A stretch of 64,000 bases of DNA from Vulcanimicrobiota bacterium (GTDB lineage Bacteria; Vulcanimicrobiota; Vulcanimicrobiia; Vulcanimicrobiales; Vulcanimicrobiaceae). Positions 9,651 to 20,116 of this stretch are shown here, piece after piece. Positions within the stretch are counted from its first letter, which is position 1. Every line of letters starts with the position of its first letter. Position numbers and translations under genes: made by a program. The DNA lies in the NCBI GenBank assembly GCA_963795855.1, contig CAWCIZ010000001.1, forward strand, positions 352,001-416,000. The letters are read 5' to 3'. The notes beneath the pieces were generated by a model, which made no database searches, was not told the origin of the DNA, and worked only from the letters and a program-made list of their open reading frames with translations.

Positions 9651-10630
9651 ATGTTCCGAAAGCCGAGATCCACATCCATTTGGAAGGCGCCACGAGCGCC
9701 GAAACCTATTTCGAAATAGCAAGACGCAACGGCGTGGAGTTGCCCGCACACGACCTGCCGCAGTGGCGGGATTTTTTTCATTACGACGACTTCGATCACT
9801 TCATCGAGGTGTACGTTACCTCGACGAAACTCTTGCGGCGCGCCGAGGATTACGAATTCATCGTGCGGCGGTTCGGCGCTCGGCAAGCCGCGCTGAACGT
9901 GCAGTACACCGAAGCGTTCGTGAGCTGTTCGCTCGTTCCGTCCGGCGTCGCTGCGGAGGAATTTCTGGACGCGCTGCGCCGCGGGAGCGAGTCGGTGGAA
10001 CGCGATCACGGAGTCCGCGTCGCCTTCATCGGCGACATCTCGCGCGAGCTTCCGGACAGCCGCCATCGCGTCGTGGATCTGGTCAGCCAAGGACGCAAGC
10101 GCGGCACGTTCATCGGTTTGGGACTCGGCGGTCCGGAAGTCGGCTTTCCGCCCGAGCTCTTCGAAGACGCGTTCGCGCGAGCGAGAGCCGCAGGCTTGCG
10201 CGTCGTCGCGCATGCGGGAGAAACCGGCGGCGCCAAAAGCGTGCGCGGCGCGCTGGATTCCCTGCGCGCGGAGCGCATCGGGCACGGCGTGCAGAGTTTG
10301 CAAGACGAAGCGCTCGTCGAGCGGTTGCGCGGCGAGGGCGTTCCACTCGAAATCTGCCCGCACAGCAATTACCGGCTCGGCGTCGTCGCGCCGGGCGAAC
10401 CGCATCCGATACGCGCGCTATTCGACGCAGGCGTCCGATGCACGGTGAATTCCGACGATCCGGCGATGTTCGAAACGGACATTAACCGCGAATACCAGCT
10501 GCTGGAGGAGCAAGGCTTTACCGCCGAAGAGCTGCGTCGCCTGAATGCGTGCACGCTCGATGCAACGTTTCTCTCCGATGCGGACAAACGCGCGCTGCGC
10601 GACCAGTGGGGCCTTACCGCGAACCTTTGA
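9647..10630 (+). CDS. add: Adenosine/adenine deaminase
   Basis: PKAEIHIHLEG, HAGE, RIGHG, NSDDP. Confidence 0.92.
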   Translation: MNVPKAEIHIHLEGATSAETYFEIARRNGVELPAHDLPQWRDFFHYDDFDHFIEVYVTSTKLLRRAEDYEFIVRRFGARQAALNVQYTEAFVSCSLVPSGVAAEEFLDALRRGSESVERDHGVRVAFIGDISRELPDSRHRVVDLVSQGRKRGTFIGLGLGGPEVGFPPELFEDAFARARAAGLRVVAHAGETGGAKSVRGALDSLRAERIGHGVQSLQDEALVERLRGEGVPLEICPHSNYRLGVVAPGEPHPIRALFDAGVRCTVNSDDPAMFETDINREYQLLEEQGFTAEELRRLNACTLDATFLSDADKRALRDQWGLTANL

Positions 10631-11591
10631 TGTCGCCGTCGATTTCCGCCATCAGCGCTTGACCGGGCACGAGCGTAAAGGCGGGCAGCATGAAATGCAG
10701 CGTGTTGTCAAAGATGGTTCCGAAGATCATTCCCGATGATTTGCCGGCGCTGAAGAAGCTCAGATTGTAGCGCAGCTGGTCGTCCAAGACGAACGGAAAC
10801 CAGACGTCGACGATCGTTCCCGCCGCAAAGGCGATCGGCTTGGAGCCTCCCGCTTCGAGATCGAAGTAGCACACCGCATCGGGACCGCCCCAACCCGGCG
10901 CGGGCGCATGGCTCGGCGCGAATTCCGCCTGGGTCGGCGGCCGAGCGAAGAAACGCGTCAGACGAGCATCCGGCGTCGCGTCGTTGGGCGAATACGTAAC
11001 GGTGAAGTCGTATCCGCTGGTAAATGCGCGAACCGGCGGATGAATGGTTCCGCCGCCGTTTCGAAAGCGTACGTCGGCACTAACGGCGTAGACCTCGCCG
11101 GAGCAGCTGCGCGAAGCCCCCGAGTTTCGAACGTCCGTATTATGTGCGCCGGCTGCGGCAACGAGGTCCCGATGCATGCCGGCATTCGCGAGCGTTTCGG
11201 GAGTCGGCGGCCGCATGAAAGATGGCGGCGCGTACGCGTCCGGATACGACGTGGTGGGAACCAGCGGAAACGCCGTTTGGCGATACCAACAGCCAGAGTA
11301 GAACGTCATGTCCAAGGCATCCCACCAGCGATCGTTCTGCACGACGAGCCCCATGATGCCGTGCTGCTTCCCGGAATTCCACGAGAGCAGCGCTTGATCT
11401 CCGGCAACGACGACGTCGCTGACGGGGACGTTTTCCGGCTGTGCGCCGGATTGCCGCACGCGCCGCGCGAGAAGGCGACGCGCGTTCGACCGCACGGTGG
11501 AAACGGCACCGTGCGCTCCAAAGTCGTCGGCGCGCGCGCATAGCGGGACGAACATCAGCACTATTGCCGGTAAGATCCCCAGCACTTTCAT
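10614..11591 (-). CDS. Hypothetical secreted protein
   Basis: Signal peptide MKVLGILPAIVLMFVPLCARA. Long ORF with globular composition. Confidence 0.65.
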   Translation of the reverse strand: MKVLGILPAIVLMFVPLCARADDFGAHGAVSTVRSNARRLLARRVRQSGAQPENVPVSDVVVAGDQALLSWNSGKQHGIMGLVVQNDRWWDALDMTFYSGCWYRQTAFPLVPTTSYPDAYAPPSFMRPPTPETLANAGMHRDLVAAAGAHNTDVRNSGASRSCSGEVYAVSADVRFRNGGGTIHPPVRAFTSGYDFTVTYSPNDATPDARLTRFFARPPTQAEFAPSHAPAPGWGGPDAVCYFDLEAGGSKPIAFAAGTIVDVWFPFVLDDQLRYNLSFFSAGKSSGMIFGTIFDNTLHFMLPAFTLVPGQALMAEIDGDIKGSR

Positions 11592-11668
11592 CTCGGCGGG
11601 ACGTTCGACGGACGCGCGCGCGAACGCTACCGAAGGAAGGCCCGCAGTGCGAAACAATACTGCAGGGT

Positions 11669-12634
11669 ATGGTTGTTCGCAGGCGACCCGCTCGCGTATC
11701 CCGCCCGGCCCGCGTGGGGTTGGCGGCGCTCGCGTTCGTCATCGGTGCGGCCGTTCTGCTGTACTTTTCCGCGCGCGCATTGCGCGGCGGTTCCGGATAT
11801 CAAATCGGCGTGCGTTTTCCATCGGCGGCCGGCGTCAATCCTGGGGCGCAAGTCTTTCTGAGCGGTGTCGACGTGGGCACCGTCAGCAAAGTAATCATAT
11901 TGCCGGACGCAAGCGTCGACTTCATTCTTACGATCTTCCGCAACACGGACATCTCGCGCAGCGCGAAATTTTCGGTGCAAACGTCATTGACGGGATCTCC
12001 GAGCGTCGCCATCACGCCGCCGATTCTGCGCCTAGCGGCGAATCAGACGCCGGGGCCGGTGCAGCGGAGCGAGGTGCTGCCGAAGTACGTGCTTCCGGTG
12101 GCGGAGCAGCCCGTCGGCGTGACGCCCTTGACGCTTGAAGCGATCATGGGCCAAGGAAAAGCACTCGGGAACCGCGCTTCCGCGGTATTGGCGCTTGCAA
12201 AACCGTACGGGGCGCGCCTGCAGCGCCATCTGCAAAACGCGCGCGCAAACGGCGCTGCGACGGCGCAGGAGTTGCAGGGAGTGCGGCCCGCACTGATGGG
12301 CGGCCTGCAATCGACGATCGCGCGCGCTAAAGCGAACGCAGCGCAAGCGCAGACGATTCTGCGGCAGCGCGACCAAGGAAAGCTTACCGCAGTTGCGGCG
12401 GCGTTTACGCGAACGGCGGGGGACATGAAGCGCACGGCGGCGTCGCTGGATGCGATGAAACGCGATCCGCAGTTGCGTGCGAGCGTGCAATCCGCGCAGG
12501 TGCAATTACGCTCGGCGACCGCGAATCTCGCGAAACTCTCCGTGGATTTGCAGCGGATTGCGGGCAGCGCGCAGACGAAAGCGGAACTGCGCGATGCGGG
12601 TGCGCGGCTGCACGCTATTCTTCAGCGTCTGTAG
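11669..12634 (+). CDS. MlaD/MCE family protein
   Basis: TM, then FPSAAGVNPGAQVFLSGVDVGTV (MCE domain) and a helical tail. Confidence 0.85.
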   Translation: MVVRRRPARVSRPARVGLAALAFVIGAAVLLYFSARALRGGSGYQIGVRFPSAAGVNPGAQVFLSGVDVGTVSKVIILPDASVDFILTIFRNTDISRSAKFSVQTSLTGSPSVAITPPILRLAANQTPGPVQRSEVLPKYVLPVAEQPVGVTPLTLEAIMGQGKALGNRASAVLALAKPYGARLQRHLQNARANGAATAQELQGVRPALMGGLQSTIARAKANAAQAQTILRQRDQGKLTAVAAAFTRTAGDMKRTAASLDAMKRDPQLRASVQSAQVQLRSATANLAKLSVDLQRIAGSAQTKAELRDAGARLHAILQRL

Positions 12635-12638
12635 GCGG

Positions 12639-13433
12639 CTAATTCCGCTTCCATTCGGCTTTGCGCTTTTCCAGGAAGGCGCTCGTGCCTTCTTTGAAGT
12701 CGTTCGTATTCACCAGCGTGCCGAATTCCAGCGCTTCGAGTTCGAGCGCATCCGCCAGCGGCAGATGCGCTCCGCCGTTGATGGCGCGCTTGCACGCCGC
12801 GACCGCAAGCGGCGCTTTCTGCGCGATCGTCGCGGCAAGTTTTTTTGCGGCGGGCAGCAGTTCGTCTAGCGGAACGACGCGTTCGACGAGTCCGATCTCT
12901 TTCGCCGTCTGCGCGTCGATCAGCTCGCCGCTCAGGCAGAGAAACATGGCCATCCCTCTGCCGGCAAGACGCGTCGTGCGCTGCGATCCGCCGTAGCCCG
13001 GAATGAGGCCCAGGTTTACTTCCGGCTGCCCGAAGCGCGCGTTTTCACTGGCGATGCGTATGTCGCCGGCCATGGCGAGTTCGCACCCGCCGCCCAAAGC
13101 GAAACCGTTTACCGCCATGATCACGGGTTTACTCAGGCGTTCGATTTGCAGCGTAAGCGCTTGTCCGGCGCGCGCTTTTTGTGCGCCTTCGACCGCGTTC
13201 GCAAGGGCGTTCAGTTCACCGATGTCGGCGCCCGCGGCAAACGCTTTGGTTCCCGCGCCGGTGAGGATGATGCATCGCACGGCGTCGTCGTCATCCAAAT
13301 CCGCGAGTGCCGACGCCAGTTCGGCGAGCAGTTGCGCATTCAGCGCGTTCAAAACGCTCGGCCGGTTTAGCGTGACGACCGCGGTCGGCGCCTCAACCTC
13401 GACGACGATCGTTTCGTACGTTCTAACCGGCAT
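12639..13433 (-). CDS. crt: Enoyl-CoA hydratase (crotonase)
   Basis: AFAAGADI, GFALGGGCELAM, FGQPEVNLG. Confidence 0.92.
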   Translation of the reverse strand: MPVRTYETIVVEVEAPTAVVTLNRPSVLNALNAQLLAELASALADLDDDDAVRCIILTGAGTKAFAAGADIGELNALANAVEGAQKARAGQALTLQIERLSKPVIMAVNGFALGGGCELAMAGDIRIASENARFGQPEVNLGLIPGYGGSQRTTRLAGRGMAMFLCLSGELIDAQTAKEIGLVERVVPLDELLPAAKKLAATIAQKAPLAVAACKRAINGGAHLPLADALELEALEFGTLVNTNDFKEGTSAFLEKRKAEWKRN

Positions 13434-14280
13434 AGTCGTAGAAGCCCTTTCCGCTCTTGCGTCCGAAATGGCCGGCGAGCACCATGCGTTTGAGCAGCGG
13501 GGGCGCCGCCATCATCGGATCTTTGAATTCGTCGAACATGATTTGCGCGATGTAATACGTTGTGTCGAGGCCCACGAAGTCGAGGAGTTCGAGCGGTCCC
13601 ATCGGATAGCCGCAGCCGAGCTTCATGCCCTTGTCGATGTCTTCTTTGCTCGCAAGGCCTTCTTCGTACACCTTGATCGCATAGAGCAGATACGGCACGA
13701 GCAGGCGGTTTACGACGAAACCGGTGGTGTCTTTGGCGAGGATCGGCTCTTTCCCCAATTTGCGGGCGAAGTCGAAGAGCGAGTCGACGACGTCTTGCGC
13801 CGTCGCGATCGTTTTGACGACCTCGACGAGCTTCATGATCGGCACCGGGTTGAAGAAATGCAGGCCGGCGACGCGGTTGGGCCGTTTCGTTTTCGCCGCC
13901 AATTCGATGACGCACAGGCTCGACGTGTTCGTACAGATGATTCCATGCGGAGCCAACAGATCGTCGAGTTGCCGGAAGAGCTGCACTTTTGCCTCGACGT
14001 TCTCGACGATCGCTTCGATGACGAGGTCGCACTCGCGCAGATCCGCCACGCTGGTCGTCGCGGTGATGCGTCCCAGAATGGCGTCGCGGTCCGCAGCGGC
14101 AAGCTTTTGCTTCTCGACGAACTTCTCGAGCGATTTCGCAATGCTCTGCATGCCGCGCTGCAGCGGTGCGTCGGCGACTTCCATCAGTACCACATCGAAC
14201 CCGGCGGCTGCGCAGGTTTGCGCGATGCCGTTGCCCATCAATCCGGCGCCGCAGACGCCGACTTTACGTATTTCGTTCAA
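13423..14280 (-). CDS. hbd: 3-hydroxybutyryl-CoA dehydrogenase
   Basis: GAGLMGNGIA, TNTSS, HFFNPVP, GFVVNR, PMGP. Confidence 0.93.
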   Translation of the reverse strand: MNEIRKVGVCGAGLMGNGIAQTCAAAGFDVVLMEVADAPLQRGMQSIAKSLEKFVEKQKLAAADRDAILGRITATTSVADLRECDLVIEAIVENVEAKVQLFRQLDDLLAPHGIICTNTSSLCVIELAAKTKRPNRVAGLHFFNPVPIMKLVEVVKTIATAQDVVDSLFDFARKLGKEPILAKDTTGFVVNRLLVPYLLYAIKVYEEGLASKEDIDKGMKLGCGYPMGPLELLDFVGLDTTYYIAQIMFDEFKDPMMAAPPLLKRMVLAGHFGRKSGKGFYDYAG

Positions 14281-14320
14281 AACCTACTCCTCCAGGTAAA
14301 ACCGCGCTCAAGTTGTCTAA

Positions 14321-14350
14321 TTGCGTGAGCGGAACCTTTGCGGCTATACT
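14321..14350 (+). promoter_or_regulatory. Putative sigma70 promoter for phoU
   Basis: TTGCGT-N18-TATACT, followed by an AAGGAGG SD. Confidence 0.45.
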
Positions 14351-14377
14351 GGTAGGCTGAAAGGAGGGTGTCCCGAC

Positions 14378-15014
14378 TTGCGCACTGCTTATCACGAGGC
14401 ACTTGAATCCACCCGCTTAGACGTCGTTCGCCTCGGAGCGCTCGCCGGAGACGCCATCCGTCTCGCCGTTGAGGCGCTGGAGCGCCGCGACTCCGCCGCC
14501 GGAGCGCGCGTGGTGGCGGGGGACGACGTTATCGACGACTTACGTCGCAAGATCGAGTCCTCGTGCATCGAGCTCATTTGGCGTCAGCAGCCGGTAGCGG
14601 GAGAACTGCGCGAAATTGCCGCCATGCTGGAAATCGCCACCGATCTCGAACGCGTCGGCGACTACGCCGTCGACATTGCCAAGCATGCAATCAAGACTTG
14701 CGGACGTGACGCTTCGGCCCGCACGCGTCGAAATCGATCGCATCGCCAGCGTCGCTCACGCGATTCTGCTCGATGCAATGCGCGCGTATACCGAGCGCGA
14801 TGCGGATCTCGCGGAACGCGTCATCGAGGAAGACGACGAAGTCGACCGTCTCTACAAGCGCGGCGTCAAGGCGCTTCAGGAAGAAATGGCCTCCGATCCG
14901 GAAATGGTCAAGGCCGGCACGCGCATGCTGTTCGTGCTCGCGGCACTCGAGCGCGTCGGCGATCGCGCCAACAACATCGCTTGGCACACGAAGGAAATGA
15001 TCGGAACGGCTTGA
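14378..15014 (+). CDS. phoU: Phosphate signalling protein PhoU (frameshift near 14697)
   Basis: Two PhoU repeats (QQPVAGELR...DLERVGDYA and DDEVDRLY...LERVGDRANNIA) are split between frames. Confidence 0.88.
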
Positions 15015-16162
15015 CGACACCGCTTCCACGCGATCTCTTCGCGGTTACCGAACAGTACACGTATCTGAATCACGCCGCCGTCGGAATCCTCGCACGCCCG
15101 ACGCGCGAAGCGCTGCACGCGTTTATCGACGCGCACGCGCGCGAAGGCGTGTTGGGCGTCTTTCCATACGAACGGCGGATGGAAGAGTATCGCGCGCAGA
15201 TCGCGCGTTACATCGGCGCGCAGCCCGGGACCATCGCCGTACTTCGAAATACCGGCGACGGCGCAAACGCGATCGCGGGCGGCTATCCTTGGCAGCCCGG
15301 TGACGAAGTGCTTCTGCCGGACAACGAGTTTCCCGCGAACGCACAACCCTGGCTTGCGCTGCGCGAGCAAGGCGTCAACGTGCGGTTCGTCGAGACCGCG
15401 CTCGAGCGGCTGACGCCGGACGTGCTGCGCCGCCGCATTAGCGCCCGAACGAAAGTGGTTACCGTCTCGTGGGTGTCGTTCGCCGACGGGTACCGCCACG
15501 ATCTCGCGGCGCTGGCGGAAATCGCGCACGAACGCGGCGCAATCCTGGCCGTCGACGGCATTCAGGGCCTGGGCGCCTTTCCCATCGACGTGCAAGCGCA
15601 CGGTATCGACGCGTTTTACTGCGGCGGTGCGAAATGGATGCTCGCGCTGCAAGGCGTGAGTTTCTTGTACGTGCGGCCCGAGCTCGTCGAACGCTTGCGT
15701 CTGGCTGCGCCGGGATGGCGATCGGTTGCGAACATATGGGACTTTTTGGACTACGACCAGCCGCTCGCTCCGGATGCCTCCAAGTTCGAGGGCGGCACCC
15801 CCAACTTCATCGGCGCGTTGTCGCTGTCCGAATCGATCGCCGTTTTCCAAGAAGCGGGAACCCGGCGCATTGCCGAACACGTTCTTGCGCTAACGGACCG
15901 GCTGGCGGAGAACCTGCAGTCGGCCGGGGCAGAAATTGCCGGAGTTCGCGGGTCGAACGAATCGTCCGGAATCCTCACGTTTACACTGCCCGGAAGCGAT
16001 GCGGTCGCGCTCGGCAAAGCGTTGCAGCGTGAGGGGTTCGTGACGACGTATCGTTCGAACGGCGTTCGCGTTGCTCCGCACGGTTACAACACGTTCGCCG
16101 AGATGGACGCGCTCGTCGACGCCGTCAGGCGCTATAGAAAGGAAGTTCCATGCTCCCGCTGA
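15011..16162 (+). CDS. Class V PLP-dependent aminotransferase / cysteine desulfurase-like
   Basis: YLNHAAVG, VDGIQGLG, GGAKWML, FEGGT. Confidence 0.9.
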   Translation: MTTPLPRDLFAVTEQYTYLNHAAVGILARPTREALHAFIDAHAREGVLGVFPYERRMEEYRAQIARYIGAQPGTIAVLRNTGDGANAIAGGYPWQPGDEVLLPDNEFPANAQPWLALREQGVNVRFVETALERLTPDVLRRRISARTKVVTVSWVSFADGYRHDLAALAEIAHERGAILAVDGIQGLGAFPIDVQAHGIDAFYCGGAKWMLALQGVSFLYVRPELVERLRLAAPGWRSVANIWDFLDYDQPLAPDASKFEGGTPNFIGALSLSESIAVFQEAGTRRIAEHVLALTDRLAENLQSAGAEIAGVRGSNESSGILTFTLPGSDAVALGKALQREGFVTTYRSNGVRVAPHGYNTFAEMDALVDAVRRYRKEVPCSR

Positions 16163-16794
16163 TTCTCGCCGCGGCGATGTCCACGCCCGCGCCCGCGAAC
16201 GGAACGTACACGTACGTGATGTCGATGAACGGCACGCAGGTGGAAAAAACCGCCGTGACGGTAACCCGAGACGCCGCCGGCAACGTCGTGCTGAACGAAA
16301 ACGCTACCGGAAACATGAACGGCCGGACCGGAGCGGTGAAGGACACGCTGACGCTCGACGGCGCGCTTTCGCCCGTCGGATACTCCGCGGATGCGTCGAT
16401 CGCCGATTCGCGTTCGATGAAGGCAGCGCTCGCGTTCGAGAACGGCGAGGCCAGGCAAAGCGGCGACGTTACGAAAACCTACGATCTCGTCGCGGACGCG
16501 AAACATTTCGTCGTGCTCGATTTTGGGCCGTTCAGCGGGTATTTCGCCCTTCCCGCGCAGATGCAGGCGTGGAACGACCAGCCGGTGATCGCGATCGTGC
16601 CGATGTACGCACAAGGCGTCCCGCTAGCGGTCGACAAGACGTTCGCGCCCGATCGCCCGAAGAACGTCCCTGCCGGCGACGTGCAGATTTCGGTGAAAAC
16701 GCCGGTGCAATTCACCGTATGGTACGACCCGAAGACGCTGGTCGTCGATCAAATGAACGTACCGGCCGAAGGCGTCAACGTCACCCGCGAATAG
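16150..16794 (+). CDS. Hypothetical secreted beta-rich protein
   Basis: Short signal-like N-terminus; overlaps the upstream stop. Confidence 0.65.
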   Translation: MLPLILAAAMSTPAPANGTYTYVMSMNGTQVEKTAVTVTRDAAGNVVLNENATGNMNGRTGAVKDTLTLDGALSPVGYSADASIADSRSMKAALAFENGEARQSGDVTKTYDLVADAKHFVVLDFGPFSGYFALPAQMQAWNDQPVIAIVPMYAQGVPLAVDKTFAPDRPKNVPAGDVQISVKTPVQFTVWYDPKTLVVDQMNVPAEGVNVTRE

Positions 16795-16812
16795 GTCTGC
16801 TCCGGCGGGTAT

Positions 16813-17223
16813 ATGTCGCTCATGAAAATGCTGTACATCGGCGTCGCGCTCGCCGTTGCATTGACTGCATGCGGCGGCGGCAAGAGCCAATCGACGAACG
16901 CCAACACCTACGGCCGGACGACCACCAATAACTCCGCGAACGGTGGAAGCACGGCCGGCACATCGACTGCGGCGGTGCCCTCGAGTCTGCATTGCGGAGC
17001 GGTTTCTCCCGTGTGGGCCAACGAACGCACCCACGTCTACCACGTCGCGTCCGATCCGTATTACGGCCGCACCAAGCACGGCGCGTACATGTGCCCGCAG
17101 CAAGCGGCTCGAGAAGGGTATCACGCCGCCGGCGCGAGCGGCAGCGGCTCGATGCACGGCGGCCATCATCGCAAGCGCAACTCGATGCAGGCGCAGCCTT
17201 CGCCGTCGCCCGCTTCACCCTAA
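16813..17223 (+). CDS. Hypothetical lipoprotein
   Basis: Lipobox LTAC, Ser/Thr linker, small Cys/His domain (VWAN..THVYH...YGRTKHGAYMC). Confidence 0.75.
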   Translation: MSLMKMLYIGVALAVALTACGGGKSQSTNANTYGRTTTNNSANGGSTAGTSTAAVPSSLHCGAVSPVWANERTHVYHVASDPYYGRTKHGAYMCPQQAAREGYHAAGASGSGSMHGGHHRKRNSMQAQPSPSPASP

Positions 17224-17227
17224 CGCG

Positions 17228-17959
17228 CTAAAGAATATCGAGGCGGCCGCCGTCCACGACGAGCGTCGTACCGTTGACGAACCGCGCTTCGTCCGAGGCG
17301 ACGAAGCAGATTGCGGCCGCCAAGTCCTCGGGTTTCCCGACTGCGCCTTCGATCTTTTCGGCGCCGCTCTTGACGTTCGGGTTGTTCCAGAGCATCGGCG
17401 TATCGACTGCGCCCGGCGCGACGGAGTTGATTCGAATCTTGCGCTGCTCCATTTCGATGCTGAAGCCGCGCGTGAAGGCTTCGATCGCTCCTTTGGATGC
17501 GGCGTACGGCACGACGTTCGCCGTCGTTTCGTGCGCGTGCACGGAGCTGATGTTGATGATGACGGAACCCGGCGGCATGTGCGGCACGCCGTACTTCGCG
17601 AAGAAGAACACCGACCCCAGATTCGTGTCGATGACGCGAAAAAACTCCGTTTCGGCGATGTCGACGATCGGCGTGAACGTCATCATGGCGGCGTCGTTGA
17701 CGATCACGTCGAGCGATCCGTAGGTCTGCACGGCCTTTGCTATCGACGCTTGCACCTGAGTGGAGTTTCCGACGTCGACCGCAACCGCAATCGCTTGGCC
17801 TTTTGCGGCGACTATTTCATCTACCGTCGTTTGCGCCGTTTCTTCGTGCAGATCGGCCACGACCACGCGTCCGCCTTCGGACGCCATGCGTAGGGCCGTC
17901 GCGCGCCCAATCCCGGAACCCGCCCCGGTGACGAGGCATGTTTTCTCGCTGAATCGCAT
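17228..17959 (-). CDS. SDR family oxidoreductase
   Basis: TGAGSGIG, YAASK, VDGG. Confidence 0.93.
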   Translation of the reverse strand: MRFSEKTCLVTGAGSGIGRATALRMASEGGRVVVADLHEETAQTTVDEIVAAKGQAIAVAVDVGNSTQVQASIAKAVQTYGSLDVIVNDAAMMTFTPIVDIAETEFFRVIDTNLGSVFFFAKYGVPHMPPGSVIINISSVHAHETTANVVPYAASKGAIEAFTRGFSIEMEQRKIRINSVAPGAVDTPMLWNNPNVKSGAEKIEGAVGKPEDLAAAICFVASDEARFVNGTTLVVDGGRLDIL

Positions 17960-17998
17960 GGAAAGCGGCTTCGGCTCGCCGCGTCGAAACCCCGCGCG

Positions 17999-20116
17999 AT
18001 GCAGCGTTCATTTCGTTTCGGCGTCGCAACCGCGGACCATCAGTGCGAAGCCTACAACGGACAAGACGACATTCGCGACGTGTGGGAACGCGTTCGGGGT
18101 CTGACGCAACGCGGCCGCGCCACCGACTTCTGGAACCGCTACCGCGAAGACGTCGACCTCGCCAAAGGTCTTGGATGCACCGCGTTTCGCCTTTCGCTTT
18201 CGTGGGCGCGCCTCGAACCGCAGGCCGGCGTGTGGGACGACGATGCGTTCGAGCATTACCGCGCCGTGCTGCAATACATGCGCGATTCAGGCATGATGAC
18301 GGTCGTGACGCTGCACCACAATACGTGGCCGCTGCACGTCCAGGCAGCCGGAAACGGCGCGGGGATGCTGGACGAGGAGTTCCCGCATCGCATGGAACTC
18401 TATGCCGAGCAGATCGCGCGGCGGCTGGGCGATCTCATCGATCACTACGTGACGATAAACGAGCCCAATCAACTCGTCTACGGGTTCATCAAAGGTTTTT
18501 GGATGCGCGCCTACCCGATGCCGCCGGGACTGCCGCCATTCGCCAGCTCCGAAGAGCAGATGGACGCCGTGCTTCGTTTGATTCCGAATCTGTTTCGTTC
18601 CCACGCACGCATGCGCGCGGCGATTCAGCGCCTGCGGCCCGGCGCGATGGTCGGAGCGAATCCGCTCATTCTCGGCTTGCCGCGCTGGCTGCAGCACATG
18701 ATCGATCGGAATGCCACACGCTTGAAAACTCCCGCGCATGCGCGCATGCAGGCGCGGCGTCTGGCGCAGCGCTCGCTGATCGATTCAGGCGCCGTCGACG
18801 TCTCGCTCGCGCAGCTCACGATGACGCACGAACGCATGCAGCACGTGCTGTTTTCCGAAGCGTATCTCGTCGCACATCCGGCCGTGCTGCACGATGCGTC
18901 GGTTGCGCTGCCCCAATCGTTCGATGCCTGGAGAGGCCGCGTCGGCGTTTTACGAGACGCGCCGATGGCGCAGCAGGCCGCGGGTTTTTTTCCGGATGCG
19001 GCGATCGCGTTCTATCCCGACGCCGGGCACGCGGTCGACGCGCTCGTTCGAGGCGAGTGCGACGTGATTTTCGACGACGACGTCATTCTGCGCCAGCACG
19101 CGAACGGAAAACTGACGTTGACGCCGATACCGGGCAACGAGCAGCCGTTTTGCGCGGCAATGGCGCTGGGCAGCCGCGCGCTGCTCAACGCGGTCGACCG
19201 CGCGCTGCGCGCGTTCAAACGGCAGCATCCGGATTTGCCCACAACGCACAACCGGAAAACCGTCGCCGACATCGGTGCGGCATCGGAACCGGCCGGCGCC
19301 GTGCCCGATCTCGACGACTCGCTGAAGAAGATCCGAAAGCGCGGCGTGCTGCGCGCAGGCATTTATCCCGGCGTCGAAGGGTTGTGCATGGCCGACGGCA
19401 AGGGCGGCTATAGGGGACTCGAACCGGATCTTGCCCGCGCAATCGCGCGCGAGGTGTTGGCAACGCCGGACGCGCGGGTCGAATTCGTTCCGCTTACGCG
19501 CGCCAAGCGCCTTACGGCAACACGCTCTCCGCTGCGCGCGTTCGACAACGTGCGAAAAGCATTTGCGATGTTCGGCACGCTCGTAGGCACGAACTGGTGG
19601 AATCTGGGGATGGCCGGGAAGCTGCCGCAGTTCCTTTGTCCGCCGGAATGCGCGGGAACGCTCGACTACGTCGGACTGGATTATTACTGGGGCGTTCCAT
19701 CGATTCGTCCGGGGCAGATCCAGCGGCTGCTGTCGGCGGCTGAATCGCGGTACGGCAACGCGCCGGTATGGCCGAACGAATTGGAGAGCATCCTCGAAGA
19801 AGCGCAAGAGCAATTTCCGGGCAAGCCGATCGTCGTCATCGAAAACGGCTGCGTCACCAGCGCGGACGGTTTCACGCGCGCGCAATATCTGGATGCGCAC
19901 GTCAAACAGGTGGATCGCGCACTCGAAAAGGGGCTGCCGATCGAAGCCTATCTGTGCTGGAGCATCACGTCAAACCGCGAGTGGGGCCTGCAGTTCGACG
20001 ACAACAGCGACTTCGGGCTCTATCACATCGACTTGGATCGCGATCCCGAGCTTCGGCGCGTGCCTACCGAAGCCAGCGCGCGCTACGCGGAAATCATCGC
20101 GGCTCACGACGGCTAG
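17999..20116 (+). CDS. Glycoside hydrolase family 1 with an inserted, circularly permuted SBP family-3-like domain
   Basis: GH1 motifs FGVATADHQCE, RLSLSWARLEP, TLHH, TINEP, GLDYY, IENG, WS...N.EW...FGL. A ~250-aa insert resembles amino-acid-binding proteins. Confidence 0.85.
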   Translation: MQRSFRFGVATADHQCEAYNGQDDIRDVWERVRGLTQRGRATDFWNRYREDVDLAKGLGCTAFRLSLSWARLEPQAGVWDDDAFEHYRAVLQYMRDSGMMTVVTLHHNTWPLHVQAAGNGAGMLDEEFPHRMELYAEQIARRLGDLIDHYVTINEPNQLVYGFIKGFWMRAYPMPPGLPPFASSEEQMDAVLRLIPNLFRSHARMRAAIQRLRPGAMVGANPLILGLPRWLQHMIDRNATRLKTPAHARMQARRLAQRSLIDSGAVDVSLAQLTMTHERMQHVLFSEAYLVAHPAVLHDASVALPQSFDAWRGRVGVLRDAPMAQQAAGFFPDAAIAFYPDAGHAVDALVRGECDVIFDDDVILRQHANGKLTLTPIPGNEQPFCAAMALGSRALLNAVDRALRAFKRQHPDLPTTHNRKTVADIGAASEPAGAVPDLDDSLKKIRKRGVLRAGIYPGVEGLCMADGKGGYRGLEPDLARAIAREVLATPDARVEFVPLTRAKRLTATRSPLRAFDNVRKAFAMFGTLVGTNWWNLGMAGKLPQFLCPPECAGTLDYVGLDYYWGVPSIRPGQIQRLLSAAESRYGNAPVWPNELESILEEAQEQFPGKPIVVIENGCVTSADGFTRAQYLDAHVKQVDRALEKGLPIEAYLCWSITSNREWGLQFDDNSDFGLYHIDLDRDPELRRVPTEASARYAEIIAAHDG

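Noticed and set aside
14321..16162. PhoU-aminotransferase fusion (613-aa ORF)
   Set aside because: It is an artefact of the phoU frameshift. phoU ends at 15014 and overlaps the TTG start at 15011.
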